Source: Antedon mediterranea (lineage: Eukaryota; Animalia; Echinodermata). From it: a stretch of 64,000 nucleotides of DNA. Below, piece after piece: positions 14,901 through 29,900 of the stretch. Position 1 is the stretch's first letter; each line of letters begins with the position of its first letter. Made by a program: the position numbers and the translations under genes. The DNA lies in contig NC_092677.1 of the NCBI RefSeq assembly GCF_964355755.1, forward strand, positions 4,114,101 to 4,178,100, written 5' to 3'. Below the pieces are notes generated by a model that worked only from the letters and a program-made list of their open reading frames with translations, made no database searches and was not told the DNA's origin.

Positions 14901-17900
14901 TGATAGCAAATATGCCCTGAGGATTAAAACAAAAAAAGTATGGCTGTGCATGTTAAAGTTATTATATAATACTTAATATATAATTTTCTGCATTTGATTC
15001 TCATAAATATGATCGCAAATGACAGATGGAATCGTAACTCGAACGTCACCAGATTATATTACACAAATCCAAGATGAATAAAAATATATGGATCAATAAA
15101 TGCGGTCTTATATTCATAATCTGTCTCTCTTCATCCCTTTTTCATGCAACGGATATAACAATATCTTAATAAAAACATACATAAAACATATATTCTATGC
15201 GTCATGCTTTTTAAATCACAAACAGAATAATCCTTTAACTTTAAATAGCGCAGTATTAACAATAATAAAATCTTTATTTTTCTAACGGAAAGAAAAACTC
15301 TAGAAAGGTGTTCTTCCACCATGACGTATAACATTGTAACACAAAGTATTGTAATAATCACTACAATATTTAGTAAAGGGACACTTTGAAACGAACAAAA
15401 GGCATTGTATGTTTCCAAACTATGGTCACCTCATCTATTCATTTTTTTCGCCAAAGATGTTCCCTGTTCTACTGTTAAAGAAAAACCTCATGACATTAAA
15501 TCTTGGAATTTTAAATCACTAGAATGCGATGCAAAGACGTAAGTGCAACATAAGCAATTTGACCACTAACATGAGGACGATGTAGTGCGTGAGAGACGTT
15601 TGTACAGCCCGCTACGGCGCCTGGACTATTCCATTTTCCTTTCGAGGGGTGTCCATATTGGGAATAATGGCATATGTAGAGTCTATACAGGAGGGATCTC
15701 ACGAAATAGACTGGACCACTAACATGCGATGGATTATTCTAACTATCGCTTGTGATTGGTCAACTTGATAGGTTGTTATTATTATTTATTATTATTATTT
15801 ATTGCCAAAAACCAGTTACAAACAAACAAAACACAGAAACTAAGGGAGTAGGCAGGAACCTAAAAGTGAACCTTATCACTATAACAAGGTTCCGTACTCC
15901 CAAAGTAACAACAATGATATAAAATAAACTATATAAAAATATTTAAAAAACAAATAGACGAATCAACAGTGTTAATATAAAATAAACGGATAAAATACAT
16001 AATAGTCGATTCAACAAAGTCAATATAAAACATGTGATTTAAGTGAATTTAAAAATATTTGAAAACTGTCTAAAATTAAAGAATTTTTAATCATTTCCGG
16101 TTGTGCTTATGTCCTCGCATTGTGTCCTAATGGGAACCAAGCTTAAGTTGGACCAACACTATTTTAGACTATTCCTTCAGTAATAATAGTAATCGTCTTC
16201 CCAAAGTCAATAAACTTTGTAAACATTGTCATTTAAAAATAATATGTGACAAAAATAGAATGATAATGGTTTTGACAACAACTGTTCCTTAATAATGTCA
16301 CATACATGATAATTATTCTTTCAAATCAAGACGTCAAACTATTTGAGTAAATTCTGATTGTAAGAAATGTGTCTCCAGAATGCTAATTACTCAAACAATT
16401 GCACTAATTGTAACTATTAAATTCCTAGAATCTATCTGAATGTGACTTTTGTCATAGATGTAGGTCATGTGGTCTATTAAGCTCTGTCTACACTATCAAA
16501 CTAGTTTGACAAAAAAAAAATGTGATGTGCCCAAATATGGTAGTGAAATGGCAAAATATGACAGAGCCTGACATTTTTATGGTGATTGTCGTTCTTTATG
16601 GTGTGTAGTTTTCTGTAGTTTTTCAAATTTTTGAAGTTATTGCTTTATAGTATAAAGCTCTGTTTACACTATAAAACTTTATGTGACAAGAAAATGTGAT
16701 GTGCCCATATACATGATGACATATCACTACCATATTTATAAGCACTTTTTTTTTTGTCGCACTAGTTTGATAGTGTAAACAGAACTTAAGAATAGTCATG
16801 TACGGTATCAAATATACTATGATTTCTCTACTTCATGATGTGTACTTACAGACAAACCGACAGTCCGGGTAACAGGAAGAAAGGCTAAATTTGCGAATGG
16901 CTTATCAGCTCCCCACGTTTCAAGATATCTTGCCATTTTTTTGGAAGCTCTCATACGATTTGTTTCCTTCTCGTTATCCTCAGGGTGTAGCATTTCATTC
17001 TTTGATGACTACAATAAAAACACATATCAACTTGATAACTTTTATGATAAAACATATAATTGATAACTTTTTGATAATAAAGAAAAACACATAGTATGTG
17101 AAGGTAAGTTTTAAGATAATAAAAAAGAAATAGTATATCAATTTGATAACTTTTTGATAATAAAAAAACATTTTTTTTCAACATCTGTATTCATCAACAA
17201 GACACTCATCGCACAGTGATAGACGTTGTTAAAATGCGATTTTGATACAAGATTTACGAATCTATTGTAAAACACACTGTACTTTACAAGTAGGTCTCTT
17301 GAGGAAAGATCATGTTGATGAATGAGACACTCTTGAATTGTTTACAACTAAACGCTAGGATGTTGCGGCAATAGAAAATTGTAATATCCAAACATTAACT
17401 AATACAAAACACAAAATTAAGTTAATTTTACTACACACTTTAAAATAATATAGAAAGATTGACAAGAATGTGTAGACATGAGTAACAAACTATCCTGCTC
17501 TAAACGAAAAAAAATGGAAACAAAACTGTGGAAAGAAGTACACTGTAAGCTCTGTCTACACTATAAAACTAATTTTGAAAGTGTGATGTACCCAAATATG
17601 GTAATGATATGCCCAAATATGACATCATCATGTCCATATATGGGCACATCATATTTTTTTGTCTCATAAAGTTTGATAGTGTAAACAAGGCTTTACTCAT
17701 TAATCATAATCAGTAATAGTTTGAAAATTATTTTAATTTAAATATACAGTATAATAATAGACTTGCAAGAAATCTGTAGTTAATGTCCTTTTATGTTGTG
17801 AGCTCAAGTATATACATAATATGAAACGCCATAAGTGCCAAAAATGTTTATCTTTTTACTAATTTCAGTCTACAACCGACGTATAAAAGTATATCATACA

Positions 17901-20900
17901 TTCTGTTTAAAAAAAAGGCATAACGATTAGTGAAACCTACATATAATAATGAACTCTTTTTTTGTTAAAATCTTTCTAAAAAATATCAAAAAGTATTTGT
18001 AAATTTCACAATTTTCTGACTATAGTGCTGAAAATGATAAGAATTGTTCTTCTTAAGATTGAACATGAGTTGGTAAACCATTCTATAATTTTAGGATTTA
18101 TATAAAATTGATTGGTTGGCTTCAAAGACTTAAAATAAACTGTGGGTGAGAAAAAAAATTACCCTACACAACAAGAATGTAAATCAAAATATACAAAGAC
18201 ACGTTTTTAGTTAAAATTCTATAGCTTTTACTTGCCGCCGTGTGAAGCACAAAGAGTATAACAGAAACCTATTATGCCTATAGCAAGATTCACCGACTTT
18301 ACTTTAGGTGACATTATGTGTATTACAATAAGATAGGAAGTCTTATCTTCACTGCCAACTATTAAATTCACTTGATAAGATTGATGGTGTCTACAATAGC
18401 AGCTGTGTGAAAGAGACCTAAATCTCAATTATTATCGCGAAATCTAAGATTCTGTCTGTAATGAAAAATAATTGTCATTTATGCTTTCTTCGTATTTCTG
18501 CACACGTCCAAATATTAGTGTTAATAAAGTGCCAATTATATGAACAATCAAAATGGCTTCTTATAATTTCAAAAATCCAGTAGAAAAACCCTAACTTAGG
18601 GAGACCAAAAGGATATAAAAGACTGAGAATCACCAGGGGAGGGGTGTCCCTGGATAGAGATGTCCCTGGATAGGGATGTGTCCCTGGATAGAGGTGTCCC
18701 TGGATAAAGATGTCCCTGGATAGAGGTGTCTCTGGATAGAGGTGTCTCTGGATAGAGGTGTCCCTGGATAGAGGTGTCTCTGGATAGAGGTGTCCCTGGA
18801 TAGAGGTGTCCCTGGATAGGGGTGTCCTTGGATAGGGGTGTCCCTGGATAGGGGTGTCCCTGGATATGGGTGTCCCTGGATAGGGGTGTCCCTGGATAGA
18901 GATGTCCCTGGATAGAGGTGTTCCTGGATAGAGGTGTTCCTGGATAGAGGTGTCCCTGGATAGAGGTGTCCCTGGATAGAGGTGTTCCTGGATAGAGGTG
19001 TCTCTGAATAGGGGTGTCCCTGGATATGGTGTCCCTGGATAGGGGTGTCCCTGGATAGAGATGTCCCTGGATAGAGATGTCCCTGGATAGAGGTGTCCCT
19101 GGATAGAGGTGTTCCTGGATAGAGGTTTTTTTTATTACATATGCATCCAACAGCGAGCAAATCACCAACTGCTGGATCATGCATAAACTATTTTATAATT
19201 TATTGTGCCTATAAACTAAGTCTCATTTGGAGGCTTAGGGAGTGAAGTTTAAAGAGTCGTGAGTTACAACCCTGGCTCTAGGTCAGGATTGAACCCTGGC
19301 ACTAGGTCATGGGATTGGAAGGCAAGCATGTAAACCACCAATGCAACAGCACTACTACTTTCACAGGAAAAGTGTTCCCTTAATAGGGATACCCCCTGAA
19401 AGGGATGTACCAAAAGAGGTGTCCTATTGTATTTATTTAAAAAAAATAAACACATATGCTTATGTAATATTGTGATAACTCATCAATATATTGATCGGTT
19501 TTAGTAATGCAGAAACATGCTATTATATGTAAAATGATAATAAGTAAAAATGGGTTGCTTCCCTTGTGTCCAATTGTCTAGTTATAAATTAGCTATAGGT
19601 TCCAGCAGCTAAAATTTAAAGCTAAACTATCAAAGCGTTATGACAATTAGGCCTGCACAATCATTACAAAAGTTTTGGATTCATTTACTATGTTCTTCAA
19701 TTATAAAAATATGTACATAGGTAGTCTACTTTTCCATGGAGTTTAAAGTAGTAATTTTAAAGATACTGTACTTAACTCTGGCACTCTCTCTCACTGATCT
19801 CTCTCTCTGTCACGCGCTGATTTCTCTCTCCCTGATCTCTTTCTCGCTGATCTCTCTCTCTCTCGCTGATCTCTCCCCCTCTCTCTCGCTGATCGATCTC
19901 TGGCTGATCTCTCCCTCCCTCTCGCTGGGGAGAAAGTTTTTTATTAACATTTCTTGGGTTATCATGTTCATTTAGTTAATATTGTTTTCTTGTACTTTTT
20001 TTTTTGGTCTGTAAGATTGAATGAACCGAAATGGGAAATTAAATGAAATGTGAATTTAATACGTTGGGTTTATAACAGGCAAATATTTTAATTACCGAGC
20101 TACAGTGCCACTATAGTGATGATAATTACTCGTCTTCATATTTCGTAACAATAAAAAAAACTAATTATTGCTATTACTTATGTTTAAATTAACATAATTT
20201 TTTTTATTATTATTTTCTTGTTCAAATTGCTAATATTACTGAAAATGCTTTATTTGTCCATTATCATAATAAAATAACAATAGAAATTCTTTTTAAAGAT
20301 TGGCAATATTAGTACGATAAAAAAGATATATATAAACAAAAATTAATATAGAATACATTATTGCACAAAAATGTAATAAATTAAATTATAAATTATATCA
20401 TATATATTCAGAAAATATTGTTTATAAATGTATTGAATTAATTTTGACAGTCGTAAATACTAAAGATGTGTGTGGGCGTGTATGTGATAGCCTCATTATA
20501 TAATAAGCTAAAAATGAGATTGTTATGATATGTTTGCCAATAATTGGTTAACTACTCCAATTATAAATGACACACCAAATTTCAACTGCTTTAATTGTAA
20601 CCGAAGACAAAGAGCTCAAAGGGTCAAAGAAAGAAGAGAAGCAGCCAAGATAGATTATAAGACACAATTAGCTTTATCAAGCTCATGCTATCAAAGATAT
20701 GATATTTGGTTAATTGAAAATGTACAACAGAAATCTTAATACAGAATTTTTCAAAAATTTACTTTAACAAGGCAACTCAAGTCACGTGCTCAAACGTGAG
20801 TTAGTGTTTACTGACTGACCAACCGACCGACATAGTGAGCTGTAGAGTCTGAAAAGTCTAAACTAAAAACCAGTCAGACCGGTTTTCAGTAGTTAGGTAG

Positions 20901-23900
20901 TAATAAAGCTCATTTGAGGCTTAGTGAGTGGAGTACAACGAGTGGAGTACGACGAGTCATGTCTTACAACCTTTACACCAGTTCAGGATTGAACCCGGAT
21001 CTTGGGATTGGAAGGCAGCAAAATTTGAAAACATATTAAATTACTTTTTGGAGTTTAAAAAGAAATGTTCTAAAAATTCTTGCCTTAATTTCTTGTTTCA
21101 TCTATTTATTCATTTGCCTACATTTCCAGCATACACATTTTAGGAATTTCTAAAACACATCAACAAGGTGTTAAAGATAAAGTAGAAACAAACAAAAAAG
21201 TAGAAAAATTTAAGGTAGACTACATCACTCATCAGATTGTTCACAAACAAAATGTGTATACTGCATACAAATTGTGGTTTATTACCTAAAAGGAATTTAA
21301 TATTCATTTATTCTGTAAGCTATATAAATTCAGGCATAGAGAAATATATACATTGGGAAATGTGTTGAATTGAGACATACAGTATACATTGTCTGATGTA
21401 ACTAACAGGAAAGAAAAAAACATGTTTTGGCTTCATTATCAACTTAACACTATCTAAAGTTCTGTCTAAACTATCAAACTTTATGTGGTGTGACCATACA
21501 TGGTCATGATGATGTAATATCACTACCATATTTGGGCATATCACTACTATATTTGGGCATATCACTACCATATTTGGGCACATCACAATTTTTTTGTCAA
21601 ACTAGTTTGATAGTGTGGACAGAGCTTTACAATCAGAAGCTTAAAAGACTTACAAATCAGAGTTTGTAGTGATATTTTATTGTGATGTTTTCTCATTGTT
21701 TTCTCATAATTGTTTATTTAATAGCAGTAATGCTGACAGGATTTCTTGCCAGTATTGATTTATTTAGAGGTTATCAAACTTAATAATCCCACTAGTCCCA
21801 CTAATCTGAACCAATGCAGGGATTTTCCCTTTTCTTGGAAGTTCATTTGAAGTAGAACAAAGACAATGAAAGAAAATTATATCATCTTTGATTCTAATTT
21901 GGTGTAAATTATCATTTTTTTGATGATAAAATGTAAAAATTTCAGCGGAGAAGTTAGTACATCAGTGACATTTAATCATAAAAATGATGATGGGTAACTC
22001 TCAGGTGCACATGCCTCTTGGATGTAAACAAAATGAAATAATAACAAATGTGAAACAAAAAATAAAAAATTCCAATACAATATATCTTGATGGTATAAAG
22101 CTGTAGCTTGGTGGTTAACATGCTTGCCTTCCAATCCCAAGGTCCGGGGTTCAATCCTGACCTAGTGCCAGAGTTGTAACTCGCGACTCTTTTAATACCA
22201 CTCCCTAAACCTCAAAAAGAGACTTATTTATAAGCATGATAAATTATAAAATAGTTTATCCATCCTGTAATTGGCGTGTTTGTGCTCGCTGTTGGGATGC
22301 GCATGAAAAAAAAAAATTAATAAAAAAAAATTGTACTTTTACTTACTGTATACAGTTTTCACACATGTCCCTATCTAAAACATGCATGTATGGATATCTG
22401 CAGCTTTCCTATCTAAATACACATTCCATCTTTAAAATAGCAACAAAATATCTTCAAGCCATTGAAAAAAGACAGGTCAATGAACTTACTTTAGGCGCAA
22501 TAATAAAGAACGTGTGTATGTCGTTTTCTTTTAGATATTGACTCCTTTCCTGGCCGTTGCCCTCTTCCACTTCGAACTTCCCGTTCAGGTGTTCCAGGGT
22601 TGCCATAGTTATATGTACTTTTCTAAGAAAGAGTACAAATAAGAGAGAGAGATGTAATAGACACAGTTTACTGTAGACAATTGAACTAGACATACATCTG
22701 AAATTTATGAATCACTTTCTATTCAATTTGCTGTTTTCTGATGAAAACAAATCTGAAAAGAAATATAGGAACATACAAAAGTATGATGAACCTTACATTT
22801 CAAGTCGATGGTGAAAAAAAAAAATTAATTATTTCTGATCTCTTTTGGTTATCTTGGTGTTTCAGACATCAATACTAGAATTAATTTTTAAGAAAAACCT
22901 ACCCTGGTAAACCGCCACTCTCCATGTGATTGGCTAAACTCACATCATGTGACCAAACATCGTACTGCCATTTCCGTAGTCCAAGAACGCCGCATAGTAC
23001 ATTGCCTGTGTGCACACCAACTCTCATGTTTACGTCAACACCGGTAGCCTTTCGTACATTCCTGCAAAAAGATAGCAGATTAAAAGTGAATGTGATCTAT
23101 GTTATCTGGTATGATTAATTTTCTTAACACAATCATTGATAGACAGACATTACAGAATCACTATGAAATAACTCTCTAATGACGCCTGGTTTCAATGGCC
23201 GTGTTCTGCAGCCAAAAATTAACCGATAATTCAACCGCTAAAAATTAACCGATAATTCAACCGATAAAAATTAACCGATATGCTGCCTGTGGAAACCGGG
23301 GTTTAACCGATCCCACTCGAGAAAAATGAACTAATACTTATCTCTTTCAAATCGGATAATAATCGGATAAATGCGATAATTTTCCACTTTTGACTTGAAG
23401 GACAAATTGTTGCATTGTGTTCTGGTTGTTTGGTAATGACTGATCATGGGCACTTATTGGTAACAAAAATTAACCGACTATTTTGTTTTGGCTGCGGAAA
23501 CATGGCCAATGGCTACACATCTGTGATAGTCGATAAATTTCATAAATTTTTCCAATAAATTAGAAGTGAATAAATTGTGTGTAAATTTCATCGCAATTTG
23601 TTAATAAATTATTATGGTATGGTATAATTCCAAATCACAGTGAACGTTCGAAGAATATCCCCTCACCTTTTAAATCTGTCACTCTAAACAACTTCTCAAT
23701 CTCTACTATGCATTCTTTTCTCATAAAAGATCAAAATAAACCCTTACAACAAGCTTTGAACGTAGGCATTTGAACTTGTTAGCACTAGAACATTGATAGC
23801 TAATCTATTGGCACAATCTATTCACATCAAACTGTGAGATGGACTCCCACAGGACGTATCAACACGGGCAGACATGACATTAATGTTACGATGTCAAGAA

Positions 23901-26900
23901 AATTATCGAGAAAGTTGTAGAATGTGTTAAGCACCATGATGAGAGCAATAGAAATACCATCGCCTCCACGCATATTTTCATTACATGATGTAATCTAGTA
24001 TTCCAGCAGGATAATTCATGTCACTTGTGAACATTCCTATGTTGTTATTTCAAAATATTATAGATTTTGTTAAATAAAAAATTTCTATTTTACATATTTA
24101 TTTTTAAATAACTGTACATTTTAAATGTGTATTTTGATTCCACATTATGGAATCATTTTTATAAGCCTAGTGTACATTCCTTGAGGGAACCTTATTTCAG
24201 GTCTGTTGGCATATGGATTCAGGTCCCTTGGCATATGGATTCAGGTTCCTTGGCATATGGATTCAAATCCCTGAGCATTTGCATTCACGTGCCTGGGCAT
24301 TGGCATTCAGGTCCCTGGGTAATTGCATTCAGGTCCCCCGGGCAATAACATTCAGGTCTCTGCGCATTTGAAATCATACCCCTGGCCATTTTCATTAAGG
24401 TTCCTGGGCATTTACATTAAGGCCCTGGGAATTTACATTAAGGTCCCTGGGCATTTTGCATTCAGATCTGGTCCCTGGGAATTCAACATACATTCACTTT
24501 CTTGTAGTACTTACAATATTGCATCACACATTGCCAATCCCATCTCAACACAGTTGATAGCATGATTTGGTCTCGAGATTGGTAAACCAGAAACGCAATA
24601 GTAGCAGTCACCAAGGATCTTAATACGCATACAATTATTCTCCTATTATAAACAAATATTAAAAAATTACAAATACAAATTCATTAAAACTAATATGGTT
24701 TACAGAAAAATGTTATAGGTTGAAAGCTACAGTATAGTTTTTTTTTCTTAGTACAGTAAAACGAAAGGAAAAAAGAGGGGGTGTGTGTAGGCCCATTGTA
24801 GGTATTTGTCCAAGAATGAGATCCATGATTTTTACATATGGCCAATCACCATTATTTTAGATGATTCAACATCTCTAGTTTTCAAATTCCATCACACATA
24901 AACATGATTTTATAATTAATGTTAATTAAGGTTATACTAATACAGGGTCATTGATAATAACAAGATACTAATATTTAATTAAGCACTTCAATAAAGCGTC
25001 AAGGTATAATACGATGAATACTAATTATCCATTTAATTAAATAATGGACAAAAATAATAACACAGATTAAATTCAAAGCATGGTTTAAAGTTAACGGTAT
25101 TCTTTGATATATAGATTAATTAAGAAAAAATAACTGGTTAATTTTAAACTGCGTGAATATTAAATTTATATTTAAATATATTAAATTTTCAATAAATGGT
25201 GTTCTAAAAATAACTTTTAAAAACACCCGATCGATTGTATGTTAAAACGCATTTAACTGGTTATCCCTTTGCAACTTTTAGTTGCAACACAAAATAATGA
25301 ATTATTATTATTGATTGAATCAACTATTGTATAATTCTAAACATTTCATCAGCATGAGGACATTGCATTTTGTTAAGTGTTAAAATGTTCCATAAACGAT
25401 CTTCAACAAATATTTTTTCTTAGACAGACTTAATAAAAAAAAAATTCACAGACTTAATAGCAGAAATGTGGTTGTATAAAAATGTTATTTGCAAATAAAC
25501 GCTTTTCAGTTATTTAGAAAAAACAGTAAAACTCAAAAACCAAATTTTTTGTTATACAATTACAATTTTGTTTAAAAATTATAAATATTGTTTGGATTAT
25601 AAAACATTGTATCTACTTGAGGTTCAATATTGACCTACACTAATTGAATACATGTTGAAGCCTTAAGTGCAATCGTATTTGCCTTGTAAATGTATTACAC
25701 TCGTGATTGGATACAACTTCATTCTTAAAATTAAGTAATACATTCACTGAGCATGATGTTGTTAGCCTAAGTAAATACTGCTTATTATTGTGGTATAATA
25801 CTTGTTTCAAAGTACAAAGCAATCTGTATTGGACACAATGCATTACGAACGATTTGTGCATTTATTGATCAATTAGTACATGAGCTGAATGTATAGTAAG
25901 GATTCCTAGTATTCTTTATTATACATTGATTTTAATCAGCTGAAGCATTCTTAATCTAATTGCATATTTAATGTAAAGCTTTTATTTTCTACAACTTACC
26001 TCGGCCAACCTATCAAATCGACCAAAGAGTTCGTTGAGAGTCTTCACAAGTTCGGGTGGAGAGCACTCACTTGCAAGGCCCGTGAAACCAACGATATCAG
26101 CGTATAAGATACTGTTAAGAAATCAATAAAGAAATAGGCAAATTGATTAATTAATTTATTAAATGGTTTAAAATTGAATTATCTTGTATTTAGGTCAATT
26201 TACAAAAACAAGCGGTAATGGTAAATGGAAAACAAAATATAGAATCTATGTTAATATTTCTTATGTGTAAGCATTAAATATAATAAAAAATATTATTGAA
26301 TAAAGTTTTTGGGAAAAAACCAAAAACATTTTCTATTTACAAAAAAATGAGGAGAGGACGGACGGTTGAAATCCGCCTTGGATAGAAAAAGATTCATGCG
26401 AGACAAGCTACGCATTTCTGCTTACCGTTACCATTCGTGTGTGTAAATTGGCATTTTTTGCCACTATCAAACTAAGGAATGTCAAAATAATTCCTCTGTA
26501 GTTACTGCAGTAAATATATTTTGTATGTACTTCAATAACGTATGAATTAAGTTTGTTTGAAATTAGAATTTATGAGGCCATAAAAATGAACAATGCGATT
26601 ACCCAAAAAATCTTACAAAATAATGACATAAACATGTAATAAAGAATAAACAAAATCCCTGCATTATGTTGACATAGTCACGTATATTAACATACATTCT
26701 TTATAGCTATATAAAGCTCTGTCTACACTATCAAACTTTATTGTCATACCACTACCATATTACATCACTGCCATATTTGGGCACATCACACTTTTTTTGT
26801 CAATCTAGTTTAATAGTGTAGACAGAGCTTTAATCAAAACAAATGTTATCTGTAAACTTGCCATCACCAAGTATAATTCTCTCTCTTACACCAGGGACTT

Positions 26901-29900
26901 TTTCTTATACCACAAACGGCATTTCACATAACAATTAAGGAAAATTGCCCATGTATTATGATTAAGACAATTTATGCGGTTTTCGTATCTAAAATTCTGA
27001 ATTTTAAATACGATAATATAGTGATTGCACAGAAATACTTCATGAATCATTGAAAAGCTATAACTTCTTTATTACTCATTGAATGCAATTGGACAATGTA
27101 ATTACAATTCTCTATAGTGATTGAATACACTATATCCAAAGTTATCATGTTCATGTTTAAGAGTTGAATGGGGTGAATATTTTCATGAGTTAAAGATTGA
27201 CTGTTCAGTCTCACCATTTTATGAATTTAAAACATTCAATGAATACATAATATTCTCACCTTTTAATGAACACAAAATATTTTCACTATTTTACGAATAC
27301 AAAACATTCAATATATACAAAATATTCTCACCATATTCAATGAATATAAATATCCTCACCTTTTAATTATAAACACAAAATATTTTCACCATTAAAAAAA
27401 AAAAGAGTTACAGATTGACTGTTAAGTCTGGCTTTCAACAAATATACAAACTTTCTCACCATTTTCTGGGGTGAATAGAGTTTATTATTTAAGTTGAGTT
27501 AAAGATTGACTGACTTTCAAAAATATTCTCACAATTTTACGAATACAAAACATTCAATATACACAAAATATTCTCACCATTCAATGAATATAAATATTCT
27601 CACCATTCAATAAATATAAATATTCTCTCCTTTTAATGAATACAAAATATTTTCATCATAAAAAAAAAATTCAAAACAAATGCATGTGTTAACTTAACAA
27701 AATGTGAATTAATTCTAATAAAAGCGTGAGAAAACCATTTTCTTGCATTTCTTTATGTTCCAAAGATTGAGTAACATCCCCTTCAAGAACTGATTATGTG
27801 ATAACTTCATCTTCCACAATTTTAAACAAGATCATTATCTCTGATACCACCAATTGAGAATGGCACCCTACAGGGAGCTCATGTTGCTGAGAATGTATAT
27901 ATAGCTACTGATACATGATCTAAGCTATCATTATAATTAATAACTGCATTTATTGTTATAAAGCTCACAGATTACATAAACGAAATGTGATCAAGAATAG
28001 TTCTGACAAAGAAATCAACATGTTCAAACCAGGGAGAACTCCCTGTTCAAACTATTTAGATAAGAAATTCCTTTTGTAAAATCAATGACATTTTTAAAAA
28101 TAATAATAATAGTTATATGTTTTAGATAAATATTTAGACATTTTGCAACAAAACTGTTTGAATATACTGATAGTACCCCTGTACTAAATTAATAGTTGTA
28201 GATGGAACCTGCTAAAATTATTCTACTGCAGTAGCTGCAGTAAGTATAAACTATTAAATATGTTTACACAATTATAGCAAGCCTTTATGAGTAGTACACA
28301 CTGTTTTATTGCTGCGACTACTTCAAAAACCTCACACACTATTAAAATCATTATTGCACAATTCATTTTACAATTTATGTTCTAAAGTTCACAAAACACA
28401 TAGGGCCAGAATTAAAAAGAAAAATTCAGGTCAATTGCAGATTAAAATTAAATATTTAATATACTGAGTGGTACTAGAAACAATTAATTTTACAATGTAA
28501 TAAAATTGATTGACCAATATAAATAACTGAATTATTGATATTCCTAAGAGGATTTTCTTTACTAACAGTGTTTGTAGTTAAAAAGAAAATTAATTTAAAA
28601 AGGAATTGTCGAAACCAATCACGTTTCCAATTTAAAGATTGGTGTTATTAAATTAAGTGCCATAATCAAATAAATATTATGTATACAAACTAATGAATAA
28701 CTAACAATTAAGAGGATAAAGCAACACGAAGAGTCAATGAACGGGAAGTTAAGATGGGCTGCTTTATTGGCTTGGGTTCGCAGCCGGATCAGTCTGTGGA
28801 TCAGGGACAAGAATGACTCGGATGACTTTATACTGGCGATCTAGTTTGTATCATTCGTCAAAGCGTAGGTGATGCAGCAGTGTGCGATGCGCAAGTCAGA
28901 AACAACTTCACGTTGCCTTCCTCCAGGCAATGTCAAATTGCGTTGCCTGTTCAACGATTTGCTTAAGATTTCTTGTATCCGTATGCGCACTGTAAATTGC
29001 TCGCTCGGTTGCTTGTCGCACACTGCCGGGTCACATGTTTCGCAAGCGCCATAATAACTAATATGTGACATTAAAATGGCAAATTCAACAAAAAAATATA
29101 TCCTGTGAGATAGTCTTTGAGATTGCATTGTACAACTGTGAAGTTGGTTTAATTTAAAACTGAATTCGAGGCCAAAGTATCAAATAACTGAACAAACATG
29201 CATCATTTATAGATATTTTACTAACTGGTTGAAATCGAAATGAAATTTAAGATTATTCTGCATCCTAGTATTGCAAATCTAATTTATGAAAGACGACTAT
29301 CCCACAATACATCACAGATGATGAAGTATTAGATGATGGAAGATCAATTTGATGTTGGTATTTAAGGTGTGAGGTTCACTTACAGAACAAGCAAACTTAA
29401 AATTTAATTTGCTTGAACTAAGAGCGCTAAATCTACAAAGAAATTCAAGCCATTTTAGGATTACATTCCAATAATAATCAAAACATACTGATCGAAGGTT
29501 CTTGTGACCAATCTAACTTTACAACGCAAACAGCACACAGCTGGTGAACGGCGATTGATATACTTTGTGTTAGGAAGAGAAACACAATCTTTATGCAAGA
29601 ATAAATTCTTGACTGCAGTTTTCACGCATTTTGAAAATTAGTGGAAATTATAAAACAGTTGAGATAAGTTTTATTCAAGGGTCAAAATATAGTTTGTCTC
29701 CTTCAACATCAGTTGGTGTGAACAAAATTATACTAAACATTTTTAGGGCAACCCTTTTTCTCAGAGACCCAAAAATGTTTCATTATCATTCTAGGCCCTG
29801 TTTCTGTTGTTAACCGATTATTAAACATGTGAATAAATTACCCACAATTCCTTGTAGCAGAAACTGGATAAACTGATAATAAACGTGACACTGTTCAATA

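Noticed and set aside
15430-15471. Possible extra cyclase micro-exon (cag...gtgacc)
   Set aside because: Stops in all three frames, and exons 9 and 10 already join in phase.
18596-19184. 184-194 aa repetitive ORFs
   Set aside because: Translations of a 16-bp minisatellite that is open in several frames; no coding evidence.
22100-22170. tRNA-Gly gene (also tRNA-like heads at 3415 and 2470)
   Set aside because: Poor acceptor-stem pairing; each continues into a non-tRNA body and tail, and family B is multi-copy, so these are SINE heads.
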